32,000 nt of DNA, taken from the NCBI RefSeq assembly GCF_000179635.2, contig NC_014833.1, positions 360,001 to 392,000 on the forward strand. The letters are read 5' to 3'. The stretch is from Ruminococcus albus 7 = DSM 20455. Its GTDB lineage: Bacteria > Bacillota > Clostridia > Oscillospirales > Ruminococcaceae. The translations under genes were made by a program, and so were the position numbers. Shown in pieces: positions 1 to 7,523 of this stretch (positions within the stretch are counted from its first letter, which is position 1; each line of letters opens with the position of its first letter). The notes beneath the pieces were generated by a model. That model worked only from the letters and a program-made list of their open reading frames with translations, was not told where the DNA came from and searched no databases.

Positions 1-41
1 AATGCGGTCACGGCTTTTCCCTCCCAGTGAAGTTCTAGAGA

Positions 42-671
42 TCAGATGATATGGTTCATTTTCAGATAGCTGAACAGTATTATCAGCCCCAGTGTGAACA
101 TCACCAGCAGACCTTTGTTGCTTGGCTTGTTGACCTTTATCCTCAGTACGAACAGCACCGATATCAGTACAAGGAATCCCTGAAATACATAGGGGAATAT
201 GTACGAGGGGATATTATGTCTGCCGATATACAAAAGCGGCAGAACTATACAGACGCTTGTAACAGGCAGACCCTCGTACTCCTTGCGGTTCTCCTCCGTT
301 TCACGCTGACGTTCCTCTTCCATAACGTTGAAGTACGCAAGCCTTATAACAGCCGCAAGTACTATCATCAGTGATGGTATCAGCCTCATGGGATAGACTG
401 TAGGATAGTGGTATCCCAGCACAGCAGGGAAAACACCGAAGCACACGAGGTCACACAGCGAATCTATCTGTATGCCGAATACTTTTTCATGGTCTGAGCG
501 GTTCTTCATCGAGCGTGCTATCTTGCCGTCGAATAAGTCGCATATACCCGATATTACCAGACAGAAAAATGCAACGGCATCATGTCCCTCAAATACCTGA
601 GTTATCCCGAATACCGAGGATAACAATCCCACATAGGTGAGTATCACCGAATAATTATAAAAGCCTATCAT
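42..671 (-). CDS. pssA: CDP-alcohol phosphatidyltransferase family protein, phosphatidylserine-synthase-like
   Basis: 209-aa multi-TM ORF with the family motif D-x2-D-G-x2-A-R...G-x3-D-x3-D (CDLFDGKIARSMKNRSDHEKVFGIQIDSLCD) followed by DLVCFGVFPA. Last gene of a 3-gene minus-strand cluster. The symbol is a best guess from family resemblance. Confidence 0.8.
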   Translation of the reverse strand: MIGFYNYSVILTYVGLLSSVFGITQVFEGHDAVAFFCLVISGICDLFDGKIARSMKNRSDHEKVFGIQIDSLCDLVCFGVFPAVLGYHYPTVYPMRLIPSLMIVLAAVIRLAYFNVMEEERQRETEENRKEYEGLPVTSVCIVLPLLYIGRHNIPSYIFPYVFQGFLVLISVLFVLRIKVNKPSNKGLLVMFTLGLIILFSYLKMNHII

Positions 672-754
672 TTGTTATTCTTCCTTTTTCTTATCATAAA
701 TAGTCTGTAACATCATTTTATTTATTGACGTGCCTTTTTCCATGAGCCCTGGTC

Positions 755-1801
755 TTAACGGTGCTCGGGCGGTATGTTCAGCTGCTTGTCCGAACGCATG
801 ACCTTCAGGTGTGCTATGAAAGTCACAAGACCGCCTGCGATAAGTACTGCGTAAAAGGTAAGTCCTCTGCTCAGGAGAAGTGCGGGCTTTACCAGCTCAC
901 GTCCGAATATCTTCTCAAATACCAGCAGGAAACTTCCCTCGGTAACTCCGGCAGCCCCCGGCAGCGGCAGCATCTCAACAGCTATCGCTATCATTATCTG
1001 CATCGTTACGATGTCAATAAAGCTCACACCCGAAAGTCCGTAGGATTTGTATACTATCCACGTCACCGCGAACAGGCAGAGCCTCTGCAGAAGTGTCATA
1101 AAGAATACCTTAGCAACTACCACTGCATTTTCACGCACGTACTTCGAGCCGATAACGTATGTGTCGCAGATACGGTTTATCTTATCTACCAGTTTTTCAT
1201 GGTTCTTTTCTTTTACTATCTTCCAGTCGGTAAGTTTATTCAGTATAGTTATACCGGCACGTCTTGCCCAGTCGGGTCTTGCCACGATGAATGCAAGTGC
1301 TGCTATGAATGCTATGTTCAGTACAAAGCCAAGTGTCAGCAGCCATACCAGACGGCTGCCGTGTTCAGCTACAGCACCGAAATTGAATATCAGCAGCAGT
1401 ATACCCATTATCACCAGCACTGATTTGTATGCTATCGTCACCAGCAGCATTATCAGTGTTGAAAAACCTATCTTTACTCCGTCCTTTTTCATATAGTACA
1501 TCTGTGCAGGCTGTCCGCCCGATGATGACGGGGTTATGTAGCTGAAAAAGAACCCGATGAACGAGTATTTCAGACATCTGACAAATTTTACCTTCTGTTG
1601 ACATACCCTTAGCAGGTAGTGTATGATACAGGATTCTCCTGCCACAAAGCAGAAAGCAAGACCAAGTCCTGCTATCAGCCAGCGGTGATCTGCGTTCCTG
1701 AGGTCTTTGATTATATCGGAAAATTCCTGACCTTTGAACAGCAGGCGGAACGTCAGCAGCATTATCAGTGCAATAAAGCCAACATTAAGGACATATTTCA
1801 A
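755..1801 (-). CDS. Integral membrane protein, lysylphosphatidylglycerol-synthase TM-region / flippase-like (UPF0104-type)
   Basis: 348-aa polytopic ORF. Overall pattern (N-terminal TM, 'RW' after the first loop, SSSGGQPAQ loop, LPLPGAAGVTEG near the C-terminus) matches my memory of the MprF-TM/flippase-like family. No C-terminal aminoacyl-transferase domain is present. Confidence 0.65.
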   Translation of the reverse strand: MKYVLNVGFIALIMLLTFRLLFKGQEFSDIIKDLRNADHRWLIAGLGLAFCFVAGESCIIHYLLRVCQQKVKFVRCLKYSFIGFFFSYITPSSSGGQPAQMYYMKKDGVKIGFSTLIMLLVTIAYKSVLVIMGILLLIFNFGAVAEHGSRLVWLLTLGFVLNIAFIAALAFIVARPDWARRAGITILNKLTDWKIVKEKNHEKLVDKINRICDTYVIGSKYVRENAVVVAKVFFMTLLQRLCLFAVTWIVYKSYGLSGVSFIDIVTMQIMIAIAVEMLPLPGAAGVTEGSFLLVFEKIFGRELVKPALLLSRGLTFYAVLIAGGLVTFIAHLKVMRSDKQLNIPPEHR

Positions 1802-1847
1802 ATATTTCTTTTTAAGCCGTTTTATTGTCTTTCACCAACTTTTATAT

Positions 1848-2879
1848 TTATCCGAGAGATGTAAGTCTGTCGTAGTTAGTAGCCGCAAGATACATTATAT
1901 CTATTACGAGCTGTATTATAGTGAATCTCATCACTACCTGTGTATCCGACCAGCCCTTGTTCTTGCGGGCATGGTCATGGAGGGGAGTGCGTATATCCTT
2001 CATGAAGTTCTTCATTTTAAGGAATCTTATGAAGCTGACCTTCAGCAGGCTAAGACCGCCGTTTAGTATTATAACTATACACATAGGTACAAAGCTGATG
2101 GGGTTTTTGCTCATAAGGAAAAGTATTGCAAGCAGTACACCCAGCGCACGTGAACCTGCATCGCCCATTAGCATAGTAGAAGGCGAGCAGTTGAACCACA
2201 GGTAAGCTGCCAGTGTTGCCAGCATTATAACAGGTGCAAGATCAAGGAATGTCCTGCCGACTGTCATTGTCAGTACACCGCTGAACAGTACCATACAGAA
2301 AAGTACTGCCATTACCAGTGAAGCACACAGCCCGTCCACACCGTCGGTACAGTTAGTAACGTTTATCGAAGTCCATACCAGTACACCTGCGAGTATTATG
2401 AATATTACCGCAGGTACATGGAAATGCAGGTGCAGCAAAGGCAGGTCTATATAGCTGTCATTGAAGTACCAGTAATTTACAGCTGTACCCAGCGATATCA
2501 CCAGATCAAGCAAACCTTTTTTCAGGTTTCCCCACGGTACTTTTGCAGCATCGTCCAGATAGCCTGTCAGCATTGCACCGTACAGCATTACAAGGTATAT
2601 GATGTATTCCATATCCAGCGGGATGAACAGCGCTGCCGAAAGACAGAACGTGGTTATGAAGATAAGTCCGCACCCTCTTGCCTTACCTTGTGAGAGCGCA
2701 CCGTTCACCGCAAATTCTCTGCCCTGATCCTTGGGGAGTATGTTCCTGAGATGTTTCAGCCCCAGAAAACACGAACCGAATGAAAAAGCAAACATCAGCA
2801 GCATGAATACTGAATACTTTGCAGGATTGCCCTCGTCAAAAAAATCATAGACTCTACCGAATAATAATCTGTATAACAT
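1848..2879 (-). CDS. MraY/WecA-family (GT4) polyprenyl-phosphate sugar-phosphate transferase, diverged MraY paralogue
   Basis: 343-aa polytopic ORF with MraY-family motifs GYLDDAAK, NVTNCTDGVDGL and MGDAGSRALG, and the C-terminal box PLHDHARKNKGWSDTQVVMRF (canonical MraY has P-I-H-H-H-F-E-L-K-G-W). It is not in a dcw/mur context. Confidence 0.8.
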   Translation of the reverse strand: MLYRLLFGRVYDFFDEGNPAKYSVFMLLMFAFSFGSCFLGLKHLRNILPKDQGREFAVNGALSQGKARGCGLIFITTFCLSAALFIPLDMEYIIYLVMLYGAMLTGYLDDAAKVPWGNLKKGLLDLVISLGTAVNYWYFNDSYIDLPLLHLHFHVPAVIFIILAGVLVWTSINVTNCTDGVDGLCASLVMAVLFCMVLFSGVLTMTVGRTFLDLAPVIMLATLAAYLWFNCSPSTMLMGDAGSRALGVLLAILFLMSKNPISFVPMCIVIILNGGLSLLKVSFIRFLKMKNFMKDIRTPLHDHARKNKGWSDTQVVMRFTIIQLVIDIMYLAATNYDRLTSLG

Positions 2880-2919
2880 TTACATCTTCCTTTTATATAA
2901 AAATAATCATACATCAAAT

Positions 2920-2948
2920 ATTATACTACATCTTATAAGAAAATGCAA
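2920..2948 (-). promoter_or_regulatory. Sigma-A type promoter for the minus-strand lipid cluster (TTGCAT-17-TATAAT on the minus strand)
   Basis: The reverse complement reads ttgcat-tttcttataagatgtag-tataat, about 40 nt upstream of the ATG at 2879. Confidence 0.5.
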
Positions 2949-3036
2949 ATATTAATACGTGGCATTTTGCACAAATTTTCGGGGTTTGCATGGCAGCAGC
3001 AGAAAAGCAGCGTGTATACTGCTGTGTATATCCGGC

Positions 3037-3045
3037 GGGGGGGGG
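3037..3045. repeat. Poly-G homopolymer (G9) in a divergent intergenic region
   Basis: Direct reading gives ccggc-ggggggggg-atatata. It lies between the divergent promoters at 2920-2948 (-) and 3167-3195 (+). Confidence 0.9.
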
Positions 3046-3166
3046 ATATATACAGTTAGGAGTGCTGTAATGCTGCTAAAAGGGGACTGCATTGTTAAAT
3101 GTATACAATCGGTGAATATTATGTGTTGCTTTTGATGTGCAAATATACGATTGTATCGTGCGGCTA

Positions 3167-3195
3167 TTGACAATACTGTGCAAACTGTGTATACT
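3167..3195 (+). promoter_or_regulatory. Sigma-A type promoter (TTGACA-17-TATACT) upstream of two small ORFs
   Basis: ttgaca(3167-3172), a 17-nt spacer, then tatact(3190-3195). Flanked by repeated TGTGCAAA-n-TATAC motifs at ~3135 and ~3176. Confidence 0.5.
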
Positions 3196-3280
3196 GTATA
3201 CATACAGTTAAGGCTGCAATAACAGTCATTACAGTAACAAAGATAAAGACAACAAATCGTATGCGAAAGGAAGTATAATT

Positions 3281-3442
3281 ATGAAAAACAGAAAAGTACT
3301 TGCACTCAGGATCATAGGTGCGTTGATGCTCGTAATGGGTATCATGGGAACAGCAAGGGGCAGCACAGCTGCAGTGGCTTGTCTGTGCGGTGCAGCAAGT
3401 GTTATAAATGCATCAAACTGGATAGTACGCAGAAGCAGATAA
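3281..3442 (+). CDS. Small hydrophobic membrane peptide (53 aa), absent from the ORF track
   Basis: ATG at 3281 is preceded by gaaaggaag. Translation MKNRKVLALRIIGALMLVMGIMGTARGSTAAVACLCGAASVINASNWIVRRSR has two hydrophobic stretches. It sits downstream of the promoter at 3167. Confidence 0.45.
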   Translation: MKNRKVLALRIIGALMLVMGIMGTARGSTAAVACLCGAASVINASNWIVRRSR

Positions 3443-3495
3443 ATACAGGATAGTATGATATAACAAAACGAAAGAGGATAAAAGGAGCGGCAACT

Positions 3496-3672
3496 ATGAA
3501 AAATAACAATATAAAGAAGATAATAGCAGTACTTGCAGCATTGGCAGGTTTGATCTCGATAATAGTATTTATCCGCATGAATACAGGTGACAGCACGATC
3601 ACCCCTGCGGTAGTGCTGATGGCTGGTATGCTGCTTTTGAGGGTGGGTTTTAACAAGCTGTGCGGCAAATAA
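3496..3672 (+). CDS. Small hydrophobic membrane peptide (58 aa), absent from the ORF track
   Basis: A strong RBS aaaggag (3481-3487) lies 8 nt before the ATG at 3496. Translation MKNNNIKKIIAVLAALAGLISIIVFIRMNTGDSTITPAVVLMAGMLLLRVGFNKLCGK has the same MKN-basic start and two-helix layout as the preceding peptide. Confidence 0.5.
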   Translation: MKNNNIKKIIAVLAALAGLISIIVFIRMNTGDSTITPAVVLMAGMLLLRVGFNKLCGK

Positions 3673-3832
3673 ATACTTTGTCATTATATTAAAATAGTAT
3701 AAAACAAAACATGGCTATCCCTTTAGCACACTGCAAAGTGCTATATAACAAGGAAACATCGTGTTGATGTTATCTTTCCCGCCGCATTATGTGGAAGGAT
3801 GACTGTTAAACAAAAAATATGAGGTGAATCAG

Positions 3833-4585
3833 ATGGAAACAAGAGAAAAGGTTCTTGAAGTCAAGGGGCTTTCAAAGCAGTATAAAAAAGGCGTGTACGC
3901 CTCAGAGAAAGTTACCTTCGATGTTCACAAGGGCGAGATCTTCGCGCTGATAGGTCCTAACGGCGCAGGCAAAACAACTACCATAAGAATGATATCCACG
4001 CTTTTGCAGGCAACTGAAGGCGATGCGGTGGTAAGCGGCCACAGCATACTTAACGAGCCAGACAAGGTGCGTAAGTGCATAACCTATCTTCCCGATGAAG
4101 CAGGCGCTTATAAGAATATGAAGGGTATCGACTACCTGAAATTCATGGCAGAGCTCTATGCTGATAACAAACAGCAGGCTGAAAGCTATGTTGAGCGCGG
4201 AAGAGAGATATGCGAGCTTGGAGACAGGCTGAATGATAAGATACAGAGCTATTCCCGCGGTATGCAGAGAAAACTGCTGCTGGCAAGGGCAATAATGTCA
4301 AAGCCCGATCTTGCCATACTCGATGAACCCACCTCGGGTCTTGATATAATCAATGCGCTGGAGATCAGACGTATGATAAAGAAGCTTGCATCCGAGGGCA
4401 TGAGCTTTCTTCTGTCCTCACATAATATGCTGGAGATAGAGTACGTATCCGACAGAGTGGGTATTATCGCCAAGGGACATCTTCTCGAAACCGGCACTCC
4501 GGAGGAGCTTATAGCTAAATACAATGCCGAAAACCTGGAGGACGTTTTTGAGACCGTGGTAATGAAAAGGAACAAAGAGGTGTGA
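3833..4585 (+). CDS. ABC transporter ATP-binding protein (ABC-2/NatA-like)
   Basis: Walker A GPNGAGKTT, signature YSRGMQRKLLLA, Walker B LAILDEPTSGLD, H-loop SSHNM. The ORF opens at GTG 3824, but ATG 3833 sits 8 nt after GAGG (3821-3824) and is the likelier start. Confidence 0.93.
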   Translation: METREKVLEVKGLSKQYKKGVYASEKVTFDVHKGEIFALIGPNGAGKTTTIRMISTLLQATEGDAVVSGHSILNEPDKVRKCITYLPDEAGAYKNMKGIDYLKFMAELYADNKQQAESYVERGREICELGDRLNDKIQSYSRGMQRKLLLARAIMSKPDLAILDEPTSGLDIINALEIRRMIKKLASEGMSFLLSSHNMLEIEYVSDRVGIIAKGHLLETGTPEELIAKYNAENLEDVFETVVMKRNKEV

Positions 4586-4591
4586 CACACT

Positions 4592-5914
4592 ATGAAATTC
4601 AAGACATTGTTTATGAAAGAGCTTCGTGAGATGCTCAGTTTACAGACTATAATGACTATGGTCATTTCCGTTGTGATACTTTCCTTTGCAGGACAGACCA
4701 TGAGTAAGGCTGCCGAGGAGAGCGCAGAAACTATGATGGATATAAATATCTGCGATCAGGATGATACCGAATTCACAAAGAATATGATAAAATTCCTGAC
4801 AGCTAATCTGGCTCAGCTTGACGGAGAAGTCAATGTGGTGGAAATAAACTCCGATGATTACGCAAAAGAACTGAAAAATGCTGATGTCAAGAACGTTGTC
4901 ATTATTCCCGAAGGCTTCACAAAGAGCGTTGAGAACAACGAGGCTGCCACAGTAAGATTCGTGCAGCGCCTGAATTCTCTGGCTACTATGTCAAACCTTA
5001 ACACAGGCTCACAGGTAGCCGTGGAATATCTTACAGCAGCCGTAAAGGACGTTGTATACAATACTAAGGTATCAAGCGGCAAGCTTACCAATGACGAAGT
5101 CGCATTCCTCAATAATCCTATCGCACTGGAAGAATCCACAGTAGTAGCTGATAAGAGCGCGGATATCTCCGCAAGTGTCATCATGTCACTGTGTTCTGCA
5201 CAGGGTATGATAGTGCCTATAATGATGTTCGTGCTGGTAATGATGTCATCAAATATGATACTTAATGCCATAAGCACCGAGAAGATCGACAAAACGCTTG
5301 AAACTCTCCTTACAGCACCAATATCAAGACTTTCCGTAATTACAGCCAAGATGCTGGCGGCTGCAGTGGTTGCAGCTATGCAGGCAGCGGTATATATGAT
5401 CGGTGCTAAGAATATGATGAGCGGCGTGCTCGATAAGGTCAGCAGCGACAGCGGATATTCCGAGATACTCAAAGACCTTGGACTTACCATGAATGCAGGT
5501 CAGTACGTTCTCGTAGGCGTGCAGATGTTCCTTTCGATACTCATCGCGCTTTCAGTAGCACTGGTGCTTGGTGTACTGGCAAAGGATGCCAAGAGCGCAC
5601 AGACACTCACCCTGCCTATCATGATGTGTACCATGATACCTTATATGCTCTCCATGTTCGTTGATATCAAGACCATGTCACCTGCTATGAGATATGCAGT
5701 ATATGCTATCCCCTTTACACATTCCTTCATGGCATCCGAAAATGCTATGTTCGGCAATTACAGCGTATATACGGGCGGACTTATCTATCAGTTCATTTTC
5801 CTGCTGATATGTATGTTCATCACCCTGAAGATATTCATGAGCGACAGGATATTCACAATGACCATAGGCGGCAAAAAGAGCACAGGAAACGCAGCTCAGG
5901 ACAACAACGAATAA
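4592..5914 (+). CDS. ABC-2 type transporter permease (NatB-like, large extracytoplasmic loop)
   Basis: 440-aa ORF 6 nt after the ATPase gene. It has an N-terminal TM, a ~170-aa hydrophilic loop, then a cluster of about 5 TM helices, which is typical ABC-2 membrane topology. Confidence 0.8.
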   Translation: MKFKTLFMKELREMLSLQTIMTMVISVVILSFAGQTMSKAAEESAETMMDINICDQDDTEFTKNMIKFLTANLAQLDGEVNVVEINSDDYAKELKNADVKNVVIIPEGFTKSVENNEAATVRFVQRLNSLATMSNLNTGSQVAVEYLTAAVKDVVYNTKVSSGKLTNDEVAFLNNPIALEESTVVADKSADISASVIMSLCSAQGMIVPIMMFVLVMMSSNMILNAISTEKIDKTLETLLTAPISRLSVITAKMLAAAVVAAMQAAVYMIGAKNMMSGVLDKVSSDSGYSEILKDLGLTMNAGQYVLVGVQMFLSILIALSVALVLGVLAKDAKSAQTLTLPIMMCTMIPYMLSMFVDIKTMSPAMRYAVYAIPFTHSFMASENAMFGNYSVYTGGLIYQFIFLLICMFITLKIFMSDRIFTMTIGGKKSTGNAAQDNNE

Positions 5915-5923
5915 TTACCGGAA

Positions 5924-5948
5924 GGGCGGTGTGATACCGCCCTTTCTT
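5924..5948 (+). terminator. Rho-independent terminator after the ABC operon
   Basis: GGGCGG-tgtgata-CCGCCC followed by TTTCTT. Confidence 0.75.
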
Positions 5949-5985
5949 CGGCTTATGGGAGTTTTGTAAAAAATCTGTCCGCAGC

Positions 5986-6003
5986 TGTGATATAATTGTC
6001 ACA
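5986..6003. promoter_or_regulatory. Palindromic operator-like site 1 (TGTGATATAATTGTCACA)
   Basis: 18-bp near-perfect inverted repeat (TGTGA-n8-TCACA) containing a TATAAT hexamer. A near-identical copy lies at 6081-6098. Confidence 0.55.
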
Positions 6004-6062
6004 TTATCCCGAACTCGTTTTTGTGCAGTCCTATAAAAGTGATAAATTTATCACTTCCACTG

Positions 6063-6098
6063 TTGACAAATATACTCCGATGTGATATTATTGTCACA
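6063..6098 (+). promoter_or_regulatory. Sigma-A promoter (TTGACA-17-TATTAT, TGn-extended) overlapped by operator-like site 2 (TGTGATATTATTGTCACA)
   Basis: ttgaca 6063-6068, a 17-nt spacer, tattat 6086-6091. The palindrome at 6081-6098 covers the -10, a classic repressor arrangement. Confidence 0.6.
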
Positions 6099-6179
6099 TA
6101 AGGTGAGGAATATATCACCTTTGCCATTATCAAAGCTTTTATAATAACAAAAAGACAGAAGACATACGGAGGCATTATT

Positions 6180-6734
6180 ATGCGCGATAACGAGAAAGTC
6201 AGACAACTGTATAAGGAATATCAGCGCAAAGATATCACACGTGCCGAAAGACGGGAAATGCTTGAAAAGATAGCCCGTGAACGTTATAAGACCGATCCGA
6301 GAAAGTCTATGAGCGTAAAAGGTCAGGCACTGATGAACCTGCTGTTAGGCGCACTGATGATGGCACATGCTGTGATAGCACTGATATCCAGAACATCCGG
6401 CAGTATCAGACAGCAGACACCCCTTTTCCTTTCGGCGATAGCAGTGTATGTGGTGCTTCTGTTCATAATGGGAAGATACAAAAAAGAACCCGAGGACGAG
6501 CTTTCAAAGGATCTGAAACTTAAAGCTGACGCATATACCGCACATGGACTTATAGTTGCAACAATGGTATATGGCATAGTTTTACAGACAGCGGGTAACC
6601 ATGTCCATAAAGTCAGCATAACAGGCGAAATGATAATGTGGTTCGGATATCTTATGATTGGAACATATCATGTGCTGAGGAACGCTATATACTTACGTCT
6701 TGACAGAACTCCCGAGTCTGAGGAGGAAGCATGA
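6180..6734 (+). CDS. Membrane protein (about 4 TM), paralogue A of a tandem pair linked to a small XRE regulator
   Basis: 184-aa ORF with RBS acggagg upstream. Shares RE-x-YK-x-D-x-RK-x-MS, YK-x-EP-[ED]-DE-[LM]-S and an acidic C-tail with the next ORF. Confidence 0.7.
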   Translation: MRDNEKVRQLYKEYQRKDITRAERREMLEKIARERYKTDPRKSMSVKGQALMNLLLGALMMAHAVIALISRTSGSIRQQTPLFLSAIAVYVVLLFIMGRYKKEPEDELSKDLKLKADAYTAHGLIVATMVYGIVLQTAGNHVHKVSITGEMIMWFGYLMIGTYHVLRNAIYLRLDRTPESEEEA

Positions 6735-6737
6735 CCT

Positions 6738-7262
6738 ATGATACAGAATAGAAATATCTCCCCGGATATACTTAGGGAAAACTACAAAAAGGACAAGCGC
6801 AAACCAATGTCATTGCGTGCTCATACCAAACTAAACGCTGTAACAGCGATGTTTGCGGGATCACTCTTCTTTTGGTCAATGGTATCTTCCGATGTGATAA
6901 ATGGTAAGGAAAACCCTGCAGACATCGCGATATTCATAATCCTGGGATTGGGTATGTTCATAAGCGGCTTCATCTGGTGCATGAATCTCACTTCATACAA
7001 ATTGGAACCCGATGACGAAATGTCGGAACAATTGCGGGGCAAAGCTAACGGAATGGCTTTCATTGTATGGTTTCCTTTGGCGCTGTCTGTGTTTTCTCTG
7101 CTGGAACATTTCCACCCGGGAGCAACTTCAGCAATCATGAAAATTTCAAATACTAATTCCTATATGCTGTTGATAAGCGGTATACTCACATATGATTCCA
7201 TAAGGCATTTCCTATTCCTTATGATGGACAAGGATGATAAGTCCTCGGAAAAGGAGGAATGA
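6738..7262 (+). CDS. Membrane protein (about 4 TM), paralogue B of the tandem pair
   Basis: 174-aa ORF starting 3 nt after paralogue A, with the same conserved boxes ([13 protein letters not shown]; [17 protein letters not shown]; C-terminal [11 protein letters not shown]). Confidence 0.7.
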   Translation: MIQNRNISPDILRENYKKDKRKPMSLRAHTKLNAVTAMFAGSLFFWSMVSSDVINGKENPADIAIFIILGLGMFISGFIWCMNLTSYKLEPDDEMSEQLRGKANGMAFIVWFPLALSVFSLLEHFHPGATSAIMKISNTNSYMLLISGILTYDSIRHFLFLMMDKDDKSSEKEE

Positions 7263-7263
7263 T

Positions 7264-7467
7264 ATGCCCGAACTGAAAACACGACTAAAGGAACTCAGGG
7301 CTTCGAGAGATATGAAGCAGGGCGACCTCGCCGAACTGGTGGGTGTCAGGAGAGAAACTATCATCAGGCTTGAAAAAGGACAGTACAATCCCTCTCTGAA
7401 GCTGGCGATGGACATAGCCGCAGTGTTCGGCGTATCGGTGGAAGAAATATTCAGCTTTGAGGATTAA
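7264..7467 (+). CDS. Small XRE-family helix-turn-helix transcriptional regulator (YozG-like size class)
   Basis: [63 protein letters not shown] is a canonical HTH_3/XRE fold signature. The ATG at 7264 is preceded by aaggagg, and the upstream in-frame extension to 7234 overlaps the previous gene. Confidence 0.85.
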   Translation: MPELKTRLKELRASRDMKQGDLAELVGVRRETIIRLEKGQYNPSLKLAMDIAAVFGVSVEEIFSFED

Positions 7468-7523
7468 GGGCGAAAGACTAACTATCAAAAGTCAACCCCT
7501 AAAAATGAAGATTAACAAAAATT

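Noticed and set aside
51-2693. Plus-strand ORFs overlapping the lipid cluster (51-374, 761-1423, 1047-1496, 1619-1864, 1734-2066, 1921-2205, 2418-2693) and the minus-strand ORF 1365-1604.
   Set aside because: They are mirror-frame ORFs of polytopic membrane genes, which commonly generate long antisense frames. They show no motifs and no RBSs.
2952-3684. Minus-strand ORFs 2952-3203, 3229-3684 and 3402-3668 from the track.
   Set aside because: They have no RBS, their Cys/His/Tyr-rich composition looks like non-coding translation, and they run through a promoter region. The plus strand offers a promoter plus two RBS-preceded small ORFs that explain the region better.
7264-7467. The small XRE gene as the antitoxin of a toxin-antitoxin pair.
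   Set aside because: There is no adjacent small toxin-like ORF. Its neighbours are two 4-TM paralogues upstream and an IS110 element downstream, and the palindromic operators fit a simple autoregulated operon.
4249-7488. Antisense ORFs 4249-4701, 4858-5490, 6323-6619, 6821-7138, 7212-7415 and 7285-7488.
   Set aside because: Each lies opposite a well-supported plus-strand gene (ABC ATPase or permease, membrane paralogues, XRE) and lacks translation signals.
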